Below, piece after piece: positions 1-13,600 of a DNA stretch of 64,000 nt. Numbering within the stretch: the first letter of the stretch is position 1; each line of letters starts with the position of its first letter. Position numbers and translations under genes: made by a program. The notes under the pieces were generated by a model. That model saw only the letters and a program-made list of their open reading frames with translations. It had not been told where the DNA came from and searched no databases. Source of the DNA: Owenia fusiformis (taxonomy: Eukaryota); the NCBI GenBank assembly GCA_903813345.2, contig CAIIXF020000001.1, forward strand, positions 17,856,001-17,920,000, written 5' to 3'.

Positions 1-4
1 TCAG

Positions 5-72
5 ACGGAGGCTGGCTGGATCGGCTTCTATGCAACAATGGCAGGGAGTGCTGTGTCCCTTTGTGTGGCCAG
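5..72 (+). CDS. SLC49A4: SLC49A4-like exon
   Basis: tcag|ACG...GCCAG|gtaaat; encodes TEAGWIGFYATMAGSAVSLCVA. Confidence 0.85.
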
Positions 73-2203
73 GTAAATATTGCCATGTATGCTCAATACA
101 TATACACCATTCATTCATTATTCTTACAACACTTTGGCTATAAGCAAAAAATCAGCAACTTTCCATACTAAAGAAAGAAGCCTTTGATATGAATATTTAT
201 GGTGTATTTTTGTTTTTTCAGATTTGCAGATGTGTTTTCCGGTCGCATGAAGACACTGTTGATCTGCCTGTATTTCTGCGCTGTTGGAGCCATGGCCTGG
301 TTCCTTCTGCTATGCAATCAGTACATTCCATTCAACACACGTGAGGAACAACTTGTATTTTATTTGTAGTAATATAATATCATTATTGCTAGAGTCATTG
401 TACTTAGTCGTAATCTATTCTGAGACAAGAAATATTTCACTCTATGCAGGGCAATACTTAATAAATAAAAAAAAATCACAGTACATGGGTTTGAAAAAAA
501 TGTTCAAGTAGATTTCAGGTAAGTGTTAAGAATTCTGCTTAATTATAATTTGGCTACAAAACAAATATTTTTTCCACAACACACATTATCATCGTCCCCA
601 TAGAGCAAGTTATTGAATTACAGTAAATACATACATGTATTGAAGCTCACCATGTAACTTTGATTCCAGCATCTTTGTACATATCTACAATCATGGTGGG
701 TGTGTTTATAATGGCGGCCACTCCTTTGTTTTATGAGCTGTGTTGTGAATTGAGTTACCCTATAGCTGAGGGGATCACTAACCTATTCCTCACCATGTTG
801 AATAATGTCACTGGACTCATATTTCTACTAGTCTTTATGATTCCACATGTTGGTAAGTGTAAGCATGTACTATATATCACTTGATACTTAATACAGTGTA
901 TACTTTAAATTGCTTTAATTTGGCACTATTTGATTTGGCAGATTCGGGCAAATTTTGAAATTTTGGCTGCTATTTAATTTGGCATATTGACCATCATCAA
1001 CCGTATTATTCACTTCACAGCTCACCATCAATAATGCAATTTTATCTTTCCTGTTATCAGGTTGCTCTATCTAAACCGACAGGGACTCTGTAGATCTTCG
1101 GAAAATTGACATATAATGATCAATGTTTCAATCAAGATTTTCACCAAAGTTTTATCATGCAAGGTAACTCAAAGAAAATGCACTGGACAGAGACTTAATT
1201 TAGCCAAATTGAAACAGCTGTCAAATTAAAGCAATGTACAGTATTTGGTCTTGCAAGTAGTCCTTGTATTAATACTCCCTTTTGTTTCTCTTCTTCATAC
1301 TGAAGTCTCATAGGGTATATTAAGGAACTTGCAAAATACTTTGTGTAGCTACAATAGCACTGTATAGCTTTCTAGTAGGGGTGAGACGACAACCCGATGA
1401 GTCGAGGACTCGCGGGTTTGGGGCTTCGAGTCGAGTCGAATTGAGTCGAAGTTGATGAATCGAATCATTTTCGAGTTGAGAAAAAAATTCGAAAAAATAA
1501 AAAAATTCAGAAAAATACTGTCAATATGCATGTTTTTACTCGATATTGCGTTGAATATATAAGTTTCAATGACTTGGATATGCTTGTATTAAATTATTAT
1601 ATTGTATGTACACATAAATGAAAGAATATATGTAATAAAATCAGAATAAACTTACGACGAATTGTGTTTGTTTATATTTCCGGCTTTCCACCATTGACGC
1701 ATTAAAAATACGAACGGTCAAAAGCGATGTTGTTCGCACTTCGCGCGCCTCGAAACGGATTCGAAACTCGAATCGTCATTTTCTGACTCGATTCGGATTC
1801 GACTCGAATCGGATTTTTTCGACTCGTCTCACCCCTACTTTCTAGTATAATTATTTTTATTCAATCTAACCAAAAGTCATATAGTAAATCCTGCAACGTG
1901 TAAGGGACACCTCTGTAAGTGGAATACTTCATGTCAGTGAACCTCTGTCGGTCAATAGAACACCTCCAGAGTGGACCACTATTTTGAGCTATCAAATCGT
2001 TTCACTTCATGCATTACTCTATTCCACTATTGTTATTCCATTTTTTTTCAGGGACAATGTGGATGAACTGGTTCATGATAGGGTCAATCATAGTATGCTT
2101 ACCAATACTGTTTATCATGAAGGAGAAATACAGCAGGCTGGACATTGATGAACAAAGGGTTGCACCTCCTGAGAAAGGACCAGATGAAAATATTTTAAAT
2201 TAA
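5..2203 (+). CDS. SLC49A4: SLC49A4/DIRC2-like MFS lysosomal transporter, last four coding exons (5-72, 222-340, 670-852, 2052-2203); 5' part lies outside the window
   Basis: The spliced translation TEAGWIGFYATMAGSAVSLCVARFADVFSGRMKTLL...ATPLFYELCCELSYPIAEGIT...WMNW...KEKYSRLDID matches recalled DIRC2 motifs (GWIGF, ARFAD, P.FFEL..E..YP..EGIT, W.NW, E.Y.RL.LD). Junctions are AG/GT with compatible phases, and the TAA stop is at 2201-2203. Confidence 0.88.
222..340 (+). CDS. SLC49A4: SLC49A4-like exon
   Basis: ttttcag|ATTTGCA...ACAC|gtgagg; encodes FADVFSGRMKTLLICLYFCAVGAMAWFLLLCNQYIPFNT. Confidence 0.85.
670..852 (+). CDS. SLC49A4: SLC49A4-like exon
   Basis: ttccag|CATCT...GTTG|gtaagt; encodes SLYISTIMVGVFIMAATPLFYELCCELSYPIAEGITNLFLTMLNNVTGLIFLLVFMIPHV. 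Confidence 0.9.
903..1241. mobile_element. Tc1/mariner-like MITE (degenerate)
   Basis: Imperfect inverted ends ta-ctttaaattgctttaatttg ... caaattaaagcaatgtacag-ta with TA flanks. Confidence 0.5.
1376..1837. mobile_element. hAT-type MITE in the last SLC49A4 intron
   Basis: TIR TAGGGGTGAGACGA / TCGTCTCACCCCTA, 8-bp TSD CTTTCTAG on both sides, subterminal GAGTCG/CGACTC repeats. Confidence 0.9.
2052..2203 (+). CDS. SLC49A4: SLC49A4-like terminal coding exon
   Basis: ttttttcag|GGACA...; encodes TMWMNWFMIGSIIVCLPILFIMKEKYSRLDIDEQRVAPPEKGPDENILN*. Confidence 0.88.
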
Positions 2204-2508
2204 AGAAACTGTGATATTACAAGATACAAATTGAATGTAGAAATTCACCAGTGAGATTTTATACTATAATGATAATTAAGCTCAAAATGTGCAGGAAACA
2301 TTGTCTTAATTTCTTATATTTACAAACATTAGAATATATCATGTGCAATATCCATGTATTTGACGTCAAAGAACATGCAAAAGACCAAGAATATACTTTT
2401 TTTAGAGATATTGAATGAAAATGAAATGCATGTAATCTTACGAATAATATAGAAACACTGGTAACATTAGGGTTTGTAGATTATTGTTTTTGTACCCTGT
2501 TAATTCTT

Positions 2509-2645
2509 AGGGTAATAGTACAATAACGTCATTTTGAAGGGCAATATAATTAAATATTGGACCGAAATGACATTATTTATCGGCCCTCAGTCCAATATTT
2601 CACTATATTGCCCTTCGAAATGACATTATTAGTGTTATCATGGGC
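2509..2645. repeat. Long hairpin, probably the head of a non-autonomous hairpin element
   Basis: aataacgtcattttgaagggcaatat...atattggac pairs with gtccaatat...atattgcccttcgaaatgacattatt. Confidence 0.5.
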
Positions 2646-3617
2646 TTTCAATTAGAAGGGTATGCAACTCTGTGTAATAACATGAGACCTTCAAAATGAG
2701 CAATGCCATGCTTCCCTTTTATGCGTAATATTTCAAAAGTATAACATATAATAAATGTTATATGTTTTAGTATTATTTTGATTAAAAATCAATTTTCAAA
2801 AGGATTAAAGCATAAAATATATTCAATCTCATGTAAAAGTAAACAAAAAAGACCAATAAGAATAAGAGGTATCAAGATGTTCTCTTCGAGTATTGCATTG
2901 TGGGTAATTATTCAAGACCACATTCCAATAAAAACATAATTTGTGGGAGAATGTTCACTTTCTGTATTGTCATAATTATGATGAATTCCATTTTTTATTA
3001 AATTATCAACATATATGTAGATAATCATGTTTTTATTTTTGAGTTATTTCTCTTAATCATCCATAAAAAGTACAAAAATAAGATTTTCTTGGAATGTGTA
3101 GATTCGCCAATTTTGAAAACCCAAACAAAGGCAATACTTATGTATGAAATATGGGAAGTTGCCTACCCTTCTAGTTGAAAGCCAATGTAGCCTCGTTAAT
3201 GACCAGGACTGAAACAGCAAGAAAATGCATTCTTGACCGGCAATATTGACCTCCACTATGACGTCACATATTGCTCAGGTCAATATAGTAAAATGAATGC
3301 CTTCTAAAGTCTAGCACTAAAACCCCTAGAACTGGCCCGGCAAGGTGGTAATAATTGATTATATTTCATGCTTTTCATATTTGAAAAGGTTTGTAGATTT
3401 ATAAGCAAGGATTTAAGCTCATTGCATTGTGGATGATTTATTCCAGTAATGTGTTGATTTCAGACCTATGCATGAGTGTAGCAGCACAAATGCAGTCTAG
3501 GAAACTAAGCATGAGTGGATTAAATCATCAACAGTCCTGTGCATAATTTCTTTTCACACATTGCAATTGATTTTATATTATCACTGAAAATAATGATTTT
3601 TTGCAAGGAAATCTATG

Positions 3618-5226
3618 CTTCCTAAGTGACATCAATACATTCAAGTAGATTTCATGTTAAAGGATTGGGTGAAATACATATTTAAGTGAAAACCACCAGA
3701 ATGTACAGCCTCAGGAAATGGGTTGGGTGGGAGGGTAACTTTTTTTTCAATCATTTCCCAATTTCATGATATTTCATCCAAATTTCATGATATGTAAACT
3801 ATTATCCATTCCATTCGCTAATGACTACCTCCCTCGAATTCCCTATTTAGAATAAACATTCACTCTACTCAATAATATAGATGTCACTTAGGAAATCTAT
3901 GTTTCCTAAGTGACATCCATACATTCAAGTAGATTTCATGTTAAAGGATTGGGTGAAATACACATTTAATTTTACCCTTTACGGTGTATTTACATCCTGA
4001 ATAATGTGATTTGTTAATTTTTACTACTCCCAATCCTCAAATCTTTAATAAAAAATTAACAAAAAAAAACTAACGTGGACATCGGATTTGAGAGCAATCT
4101 CTCCCAGTAGTTCTAGTAGATGGTTTTCCATGATGTAATTATGAAGCTAATAAAACCTAAAATTAACCTCATATCAATGTTTTTCATGAATTACCGGTGG
4201 GGAAAAATCAGTCCCCTAACATGAGTAATTAACCTCAATTGCCAATTACCTCCTACTGTGGAGAGACAACTCTCACATCCGAAGTCCACGTGGTTAAAAC
4301 CACTAAGAGATCAGTGCTCCCGGACTTTAGATGTAAAGAGAAGCCAATTGTTTATCAGACTTCACTAGTTTCAAATGTTACAAACTCAAGTCATTTTCAA
4401 ATTAGTTTACAAGAGGGTACATGGAATTAAACCATTACATAACCAATCACTTGCATATGTTATCCAGTCATGTCAAAACAATTCAACCTACTTTCTATTG
4501 AGTAAACCCCAGTTTTCATTCAATTGCCAATTACCAGATTATACCTGAGTGTCATTATTTTCGTCACACTGTATTATAACGTACTGTATAATGACCTCTA
4601 ATTTTACTGTGTTATTAACACGTTGAATTTCCAGTGTTCATTATAAGGCCATGTTATCAAGATTTTTCATGTCATCAATGTTCTATTTTTCTTTGTTTCT
4701 GTCAAATATTTGCCTCTCAGAAAACTTCTCTTATATTGTCTCATAGTTATATTTAATAGCCCCTTGCTCTGGCATATATCTCTGTATCTCTAGGCTCTCA
4801 AGGCCTTTTATTCATTACCCCTCATGGTTCATATTTTTTGCCCCCTGCTTGCGCATATATTTTCAGGCCCTTGGAGCCTTTTATTTTAGCCCCTTGCTCG
4901 GGCATTTATAATCTAGGCCCTCAAAGCCTTTTGTTTTAGCCCCTTGCTCGGGCATTTATATCTAGGCCCTCAAAGCCTTTTATTTTTAGCCCCTTGCTCG
5001 GGCATTTATATCTCTAGGCCCTCAAAGCCTTTTATTTTAGCCCCTTGCTTGCATTGTATCTCTAGGCCCTCAAAGCCTTTTATTTTAGCCCCTTGCTCGG
5101 GCGCCCCTTGCTCGGGCATGTAAATCAAAATATGCTTACCACTGCTGAATGTACGTCTTGCCACTTCGAATTCCCTATTTAGAATAAACATTCACTCTAC
5201 TCAATAATATAGATGTCACTTAGGAA
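3618..5226. mobile_element. Two head-to-tail TIR elements (about 3618-3895 and 3902-5226)
   Basis: Each starts ttcctaagtgacatc and ends gatgtcacttaggaa; 3608-3685 repeats at 3891-3968 and 3835-3896 repeats at 5166-5227. Confidence 0.6.
4755..5120. repeat. Minisatellite, 44-46 bp unit
   Basis: Tandem tttagccccttgctcgggcatttatatctaggccctcaaagccttttat copies. Confidence 0.9.
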
Positions 5227-5329
5227 ATGTCTGCAAAGCTAGGTCAACACTAACATCAATTTCATGACCTAGACATTCATTCAACACTAACCATTGGACG
5301 TGCATGAGTGGATGGCTTGTTATTCCCAA

Positions 5330-5710
5330 TGATACTCTTTATAGATTTTCACTCAAAAATAATTGGTTAATATGAAGTCAGATTTGAACTTTTGAGGAAT
5401 TCTAGATGATTTTGGAAAAAATTGGTCAATGTGAAGCAAGTTGAAAAAAGACCTTTTTGATATTTTTTGACCTTGAGAAAGTCAATGAATGTCAAATCTC
5501 AAATCTAAAGTCAGATTTGAACTTCTGAAAACTTGTAGATAATTATGAAAAAACTGAAGCCATTCTTAACAGTATTTGGTAAGTTATTGGAAGTTTTAAG
5601 AGTTTGTTACAGATGCCAACCACCAACCGCCGATCGCCAACCACTGATCACCAACAAAAATATAGAGACCATAACAATATGTCACCACTTTTTGGTGGTG
5701 ACATAATAAA
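5330..5710 (+). mobile_element. Helentron-associated (HINE-like) non-autonomous element
   Basis: Internal repeats of about 120-140 bp and 3' hairpin atgtcaccac-tttttg-gtggtgacat followed by aataaa. Homologous copy inverted at 56901-57432 and a short copy at about 14775-14906. Confidence 0.55.
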
Positions 5711-7539
5711 AATGACCGTTGGTTCCACACCACACATTCCTGAATCTACACCAAACTTTTTCTGCATGCTCAGTCAGTATACAGTGATATGGGCAGTAGT
5801 ACTTCTAAAGCTGACAAAGAAGTCGTTCTTGCAATGAGCGTAGGATATATTAACAAATGCAATTTACAAAATTCAATTTACAAATAAAGATATTTATTAA
5901 AAATAATTAAATAATTCACCATTTACATATATTTACATCATTGTTGGTCAATGAGGATTGGCACAGTTCCAAGTCGATATTCTACCATATATGGACTCAT
6001 GTCGTAATTGCAAAATTCAAAATCAAACAGCTGCGATTTTGTCACTTCAGAATTTCAATTTTGAGTTTTGATGTTACTTCCAAACAAAAAATTTGAAAAC
6101 ACACAAGAAGTGATCAAACTATAAGTTAAAATCTTTTGGATCGCTCGATTATGAATTGATAGTCAGTAAAAATAATGACATTTCCAATCAATCGATCAAG
6201 GTCAAGGTTGAATATCGAGTTGAGGTCTGGGAGCCAATCCTCCTTGATTGTTGGTTATTATGTGCTACAGCAATTTGGCAATCAAGTTGTCTTTATCATA
6301 AAATAGGCTACAACAAACCATCTAGAACATGCATGAGATGATTTGATGTAAAACATATAAATAAATAATGTAATGAAAAATGATGGGCATTTTGATTTGA
6401 TCAACCATTTTGGATGAATGACAAGTTTTAAAAAAGAGATCAGGTTGAATGCCCAACTAAAATCTTATAAAATATTACTAAATCTGAAGCTAAAAGTTGT
6501 GATTACTTCTACTTGAGTTATCAAAAGTTAAGTTTGTACAAAATAGCAGTCATTTTGAATTCAGAGCAGCAGCCATATTAGAAAGCAGAGGACCTAAGAG
6601 CTACCAGTCTATAAATTTTAATCAAATCTGGTAGCTAATATTCGAGTTATTAAAAAACACTCTTTACAAAAATTGTGGCACTTTGAATATTAAGAGCAGC
6701 AAAATTGGGATTTCCTTTTCTAAGAGGTCCCATGCCCACAAGGCATGCATAAGTTTAGAATTTGAACCATATCCTTTAACTGGTATTTGATTTACTGCCT
6801 ACATCTCTTGAAAGCCCGTGCCTGGATGGACAAACTGACAGATAGCAAAACAGGCTCTTAATATCCCCACTTCAACTTCATTCAGTGGGATAACAAATAA
6901 AACATCAGAGTTATCTTCATTGGTAGTTTCTGCATATTATGCAATATGACATAGGCTGTTAAAATCACAATGATTTCTAAGTCACTTCAAACATTCTTTA
7001 ATCCGCTTATGAAAACATTTAATTTCAACTGATTATTTAATCATGCTAAGTTTTATTGCACTTTATTTGGTACTATCTAATCTTATTATTACAAAAACTG
7101 GTGTAATGTTTAAGATGAAATAGTCACGGTGGTTCCAAATACTAACCCTGGTGGTTATTGTTCAAATACTGTACATTAAATAAATAGAAAAGGCTTTATT
7201 TTACATTGCTAGTATTACATATGATCAACCCAAATGGATAGTAAAACCTGTCTAATCTGAATGCCACAGGTACTGGCAAAATGTGTTTCAAGTGTGTGTG
7301 CGAGTCAGTTGGAGATTATACAAAATTGGGACTGAGGAACTCATTCACATTAAGAGGTGTTCAGATTCTAGAGAAGTGTTGGTATACAGGTTTTACTATA
7401 CTTATACTTCTTTTTATACAATAAAAAGGTAAACGCACATCCAAGAGCAAAAGAGGTTCAACTCTGACGGCACGACACCTTCAGGATCACACTGTGTACA
7501 TTGATAACTGAGATGTTACTATGGTATCTATAACCATGG

Positions 7540-7653
7540 TTATGCTCTTATTAGTTCATCATCTACACTGTCAAAGTCATCTTCATCAACTTCCCCATCA
7601 ATAGCAGACTTTCTCCTTCGTATCAACGCCACTATGAATCCTATTAGACACAT
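7540..7653 (-). CDS. LMBRD1: LMBRD1 coding exon 15 (terminal)
   Basis: tattcag|MCLIGFIVALIRRRKSAIDGEVDEDDFDSVDDELIRA*. Confidence 0.93.
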   Translation of the reverse strand: MCLIGFIVALIRRRKSAIDGEVDEDDFDSVDDELIRA

Positions 7654-10600
7654 CTGAATAAAATAGACACATTTGAAAAGGTCTGAATCTAAATATTTCT
7701 GAGGCATAATATAACTGAATACATAAGGGTTATGTACTGGGAGGTTTTGGATACAGGGTTTATCCCAAGGGAAATATGTGTATCTCCCGAGGGACCACAG
7801 GGACCGAGGGAGATACACATATTTCCCGCGGGATAAACCCTGTATCCAAAACCGACTGTACATAACAGATGTATATCATACCTACTGAGGTTCTAGGTAC
7901 ATCATACCTTATAAAGATCCAAAATTCCAAAACATATTAAAGGAATATTCCTTGCCAAACCATCTCTCTCCTCATATGGTAGCTATAACCATATATATGC
8001 TTGCCATGTTTAGCAAAACACACAAAAATGTTTTGATATGGTCAAATTTGATCACTTAGAAATGTGATGCTCAATTCCAGTAAGCTGCCATCTTTTAAAA
8101 TTTCACACAGGAAGTGATGTCATCGACTCTCAACTTTGCATATAGCATTAGGTGAGGAGCTATTGAGAATTACAAAACCAGCTAAATATTCTTCTTCAAC
8201 TTTGTATCTTATTTAATCCTTCTGAAAATCCCTTCTTTTATTCTAAGTTGACAAGCCCTGAAAATATTTTTGCACAGAAAGTAATGATCACTTGTCTAGA
8301 AGTGATTTTGTGCTACTTTCCTATTAGCGCAGTCAGATGTCCCTTTGGTAGTTCGACTTTTTCAGGAAAGCAACAAACTTGGCACAGTTGTAGAAACATA
8401 TGATCTGAATGAAAAATGATTTCGGGGCAAGTGATTCGGGGTGGTCTTCATGGATTGTAAGCCTCTGACCCCCACCCCTATCAGGCGGGGAGGGGGTACA
8501 TTATAATAAAATAAATAAAAATAGTTGTAAAGTATATTTCTTTAAATGACTTCATTTGGTGATTGCTTTGAGCCTTGAAATTGAGAAAAACCTATTTTAG
8601 AAGTGGTATTTAGGAAGGAAAATACATTTCAACCCAATTATCTAGCTTGAATTCATCTTTCAAAGGGTCAAATATGGGACATCAAGTACTGTATTTCAAG
8701 AATGTGATGTCTGATCATCCTGAAAAATATCATACTAATAGAGATATAGGTGTTAATTACTCATATGATATATGGTTTGTGTAGCTCATGTAATTTTTGA
8801 GAAATAAATTATCGAAATATGGATATTTAAGCCCTTGCGGCCTAGGGGTGACCTTATTTTACCTTAATAATTTTTAAGATACGCAATGTTTGGGCCTCAT
8901 ATGAATTCTAAATGTTGCATTAAGTATTGTTTTGTCATATTATTCCTAATTAAATGTAAAAAAATTATTGGAAATTAAAAAAAAATCAAATTTTCATTTT
9001 CGGTTCTAAAGGGCCAGGGGAAACCATATTTTACCCTAATAATTTCCCAGATATGTAATATATGCATCTCAAATTAGCTCAAGATGGTGCATATAGTTCT
9101 GTTTTATCATACTTCTTCCAATAAGATGTAGAAAATGATCGGATATATCTAAAAAATCAAAATTTTCACTTAAGCTCTTGATGGCCCTGGGGTAACCTTA
9201 TTTTACCTTAATAATTTTCTAAATATGAGACATAGTCACCTCAAATGAGCTTAAGATGGTATATTTAGCCCTGTTTTATCATATCATTCCCAAGGAGTGA
9301 AAAAATGATTGGAAATTATAAGAAAATGACATTTTCATATTATACCCCCAATCCGCAACATCTTCTTGCAGCGCTGTAAACAGTACTGAACAGTGCAGTC
9401 AACGTACTGCACTATATAGCAATGTACAATGCTATTCTAACACCATCTGTTTTGGACAGCGTAGTACAGTACTGTTTTTACAGCTCAGTACTGTTTTAGA
9501 AAACAGCTGTGTTCAGTACTGTTTTTACAGCACTGTTTATGAAACCATGCTGTTTGATGCAGTTTGTGATTGGTAGTGTAGTTTATGATTTGGTAGTGTA
9601 GTTTATGATAGGTCAGGAATGACCTAATTTACCTTAAAAATTTAAACAAAGATATATCATATTGTCTACTCAAATGAGCTCAAAATAGTGAATATAGTCT
9701 AGTTTTGTCATATTATTGCTACTGAGATATACAATAATGATTAACAATTATAAAAAATGAACCTCAACAGCCATTTATTCCTTTTTAGTACCAATGGCAA
9801 TACTATCTAGTTTTATAGAACATTTTCTAAGATATGAAAATGTTTGATAAGTCCAGTTCATACTCGCACGAGTAGTAGCATTGTTAAGATTCTGTATATT
9901 ATCATTTGAGTATATAATCCAAATCTATAAAACCTAATCAAAGGAGTCACAATTTATGGATTCTGACAGTCTCTCCTACAGCTACATACATGTAGCTCAG
10001 AGCAAATCAGATTTGCTTTCAAACATTTGCATCTGTTCTCTTGACACAGGTATCTACCCCATGACCTACATTTTATGTTGTGGCCTCAGTATCAGCAGTG
10101 GGAGTAGTCCAGCCACATTCATGTGGTGATAGAAACTGTGGGTAAGATGCATCAGAATGAATAAGGACTCTAGTCTTCTAATTTTAGGGTATCAAAAAAG
10201 ATTTGTATGAAAAATGGTAAGGGCTAAACTTCGTTCATGGCCAAGTGGCCTTGAAATATCTAAGGCAGGTCGTACATACTGGAGGAATTTCCCCTCACCA
10301 TAGGCCATATGCAATCCAAATCGACATTTTCAGCACAAGTTACTGCCAGTTTAAACCACATCAAAATCAACTGTATTGACTATGATTCTTATTAGGTCAT
10401 GACAGAAGCAGTCTTTGGCATGCTTCTTCATATGAGCGAATGGTGATGGCAGATACTTCACTATCGGGGTAATATATTGCATTACCTCATTGTGAGGTCA
10501 CTATCTTCTTGCCATCTTCCTCCAGGGTTTCAGTTTTGATGCCTGGAAGGAAAACAGCTCCCTCTTGTTCCAACTATCTTAGGGAATCTTGCCAATTCCA

Positions 10601-13600
10601 CAGAAGAAAATTAATAGGATATACGTTCCTCACTGTTCCAGTTTTGTGCTGTTTGTATCTATGCTCATTAACATCAAAGTTGAATGACTAAGCTACATAG
10701 TAGATGCCAAAATGATAGACAGGGCATGTATAGTTAAACATGCTAACAGTGAAATATAAAGAAAATTTGGTGATTATGCAAATATGATATTACCTACGTA
10801 AAAGTGTGCAAATAGTTCATTGCCTTGATGTCAGCTGGGATGTTTACAAGGACACTAGCGTAAAGGGGCAACAAGGTCTGTAGAAGATTCAATTTTTTTT
10901 ACTTTTTCTGAGCTATCAGGGCAATATTTGGCTTTGACATACTTATTTTCTTAAAATGTATGGATAAACTATCAATTTCAGCATTAAGAAGTGTAAATTC
11001 AGTTCAAGCTTCTATAAAGGGAGTCCCACTTATAGGTTTTTAAGATCCAAAACATTTCAAGAGGAATCAGCTGAAATAATGTTCATCCAGGGGGTTTCTT
11101 TGGAAAAAAATAAACATATATGTTAGTCTTGATGAAATATCAAAACTTGAATATATTTTTACACTGGTCCATGATCGTTGAATGGCCCCTTTGCACTAAT
11201 TGTTGCACCTTTAAAACAGCACTAGAGAGACTTGTGGAACTGGAACAAGGATAGGCTAAGGAGGAAACTGAAACTCTTGAAATGGATGGAAAGAAGATAG
11301 TGACCACATAAATTAAGGAGGCAATGCAATGTTTTAGCCCAACAGTGAGGTTCTGCCATCACCCTTGCTCTTATAAGAAGAAGCAGATTCAAGGATATTT
11401 CTCAATATTTTCAGTTAGACTGCTTCAATCATGGCCTTCAAGAGAAAGAATAATACTCCTTACATTTAATTCTGATGTGGTTATCCTGGCATATATGTGA
11501 TGTTAAAAACTGAAAAAGTCAATTTGGATAGCATATGGTAAGGGAGAAAACATATCAATATCTACCTGCCCATGACCAAAGTTTAATCCTCCCCATTTCT
11601 CATACAATCATTGGATGTGATGTTACATCTGTATTCTACTGCTATGGAAAAATGGAATAAATGGATTGAGATTTAAATGTGTCACTGAATTTTCTAATTG
11701 TTGTTAATCATTATCTCAGTAGGAATAAAGTGAAAAACAGACTATTTTCCCCATTTTGAGATCATTTTATCTTGAAAATTATTGTGATAACATTTGGCAT
11801 TCTTGCGCCCATTCATTGACTGTCATTATTCACTGACAGAATCCTTGACAGAAGCAGCTCACCTTAACCCCCCCCCCATCAGGCTAAGGTGACTGGACTT
11901 ACTACCCTTTGCATTCATTCGACTTTCCTTCTCAAAAGAGAGCTTCGTCTTCACTCTATCAGTTTTCAATGAATCTCTGAACTCACTGCGCTAATCAGAG
12001 TTTGTTGTTGAAATAAGGACGGCTTTCTATATGGTCATTTTCTCTGACGAAATCGAATCATTAATGTGCACGCATTTACCACTTGTTCCTTCAAGCTTGC
12101 TGATTGGTTGAGTATAGGTCAGCATGTTTTATTGCAGCTTGGGTCATAAATGCTTTAAGACCCAAGCTGCCAATGGCATCGGTCATGGGGACGGGGCTGC
12201 TAAACTCACTCCATCCTTTGCTTCTATATTATGGTAATATATGATAAAATCACCCCTGACCTGTCAAAAGCTAAAAATGTCATTTTTCAAATTTCCATTA
12301 TTTTTTACATCTCCTTAGGAATAATATGACAAAACACGAGTATATGACACAATTCTAAGCTCATTTGAGATGCATACGTCTCATAATTAAGAAAAGTTCA
12401 AGGTTAAATAAGCCCCCCCAGGCCGTCATAAGCTAAAATGAAAATTTCAAATTTTAAGAAATGTACAATCATTTTCTACATCTTATTGGAGGTATTTTGA
12501 TTAAACAGAACTATATGCATAATCTTGAGCTAATTTGGGATACATATATTACAAACCTTGAAAGTTATTAAGGTAAAATATGGTTACCCCTGGCCCTTCA
12601 GAAGCGATAATGAAATTTTTTTTTTTTTTGAAAAGTTCCAATCATTTTTCAATCCAATTAGGAATAATATGACAAAACAAGACTCAATGCACCATTTTGA
12701 GCTCATATGAGACCCATACATTGCATATCTTAAAAATTATTAAGGTAGAATAAGGTTACCCCTAGGCCGCAAGGGCTTAAAAATTCAAATTTCAATAATT
12801 TTTATCTCAAAAAATACATGAGCTACCCAAGCCATATTCTATATTTGTGATGAACACTTATACCCCTATTAGTACGAATTTTTCCAAGATGATCAGACAT
12901 CACATTCTTGAAATACAGTACTTGATGTCCCATATTTGACCCTTAAAAGATGAATTCACGCTAGATAATTGGGTCAAAATGCATTTTCCACACTAAACAC
13001 CACATCTACAATCGGTTTGTCTCAATTTCAAGGCTCAGAGCAATCACCAAATGAAGTCATTTAAAAAAATTTACTTCACAACCATTTTTATTTATTTTTT
13101 ATAATGTACCCCCTCCCCGCCTGATAGGGGTTGGGGTCAGAGACTAAAAAATCCACGAAGACCACTCCGGATCACTTGCCCCGAAATCATTTTCCACTCA
13201 GATCAAGTGTTTGTACAACTGTGCCAAGTTTGTTGCTTTCCTGAAAAAGTCGAACTATAAAGGGCTCATTTCTGGACATCTGACTTCGCTATATACTGTT
13301 TTGGGCAAGGTTATAGAAGTTGAGAGTTGATGACATCACTTCCTGCAAGAAATCTTAAAAGATGGCAGCTCACTGGAAATAAGCACTAGATTTTTAAATG
13401 ATCAATATTGACCATATTAAAACATTTTCCCATGTTTTGCTAAATATGGAAACTATATATATGATTATAGCTACCATATCAAGAGAGAAAGGGTCTGGCA
13501 AGGAATATTCCTTTAAGGTACTAGGCGTTTTCTTGGTCTTAAAGTTTGCGAGATTTTCAAAAAAATGAAAAAAGAAATTGAAAAAAAATTGAAAGAAAAT

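Larger units (their letters stand above)
7941..13512. mobile_element. Kolobok-like non-autonomous DNA transposon, interrupted by Academ
   Basis: TTAA on both sides (7937-7940, 13513-13516), AG...CT termini, about 200-bp imperfect TIRs starting AGGAATATTCCTTGCCA. Confidence 0.75.

Noticed and set aside
4755..5120. Regular repeats suggesting a CRISPR array
   Set aside because: Units are contiguous tandem copies with no unique spacers, the context is eukaryotic, and there are no cas genes.
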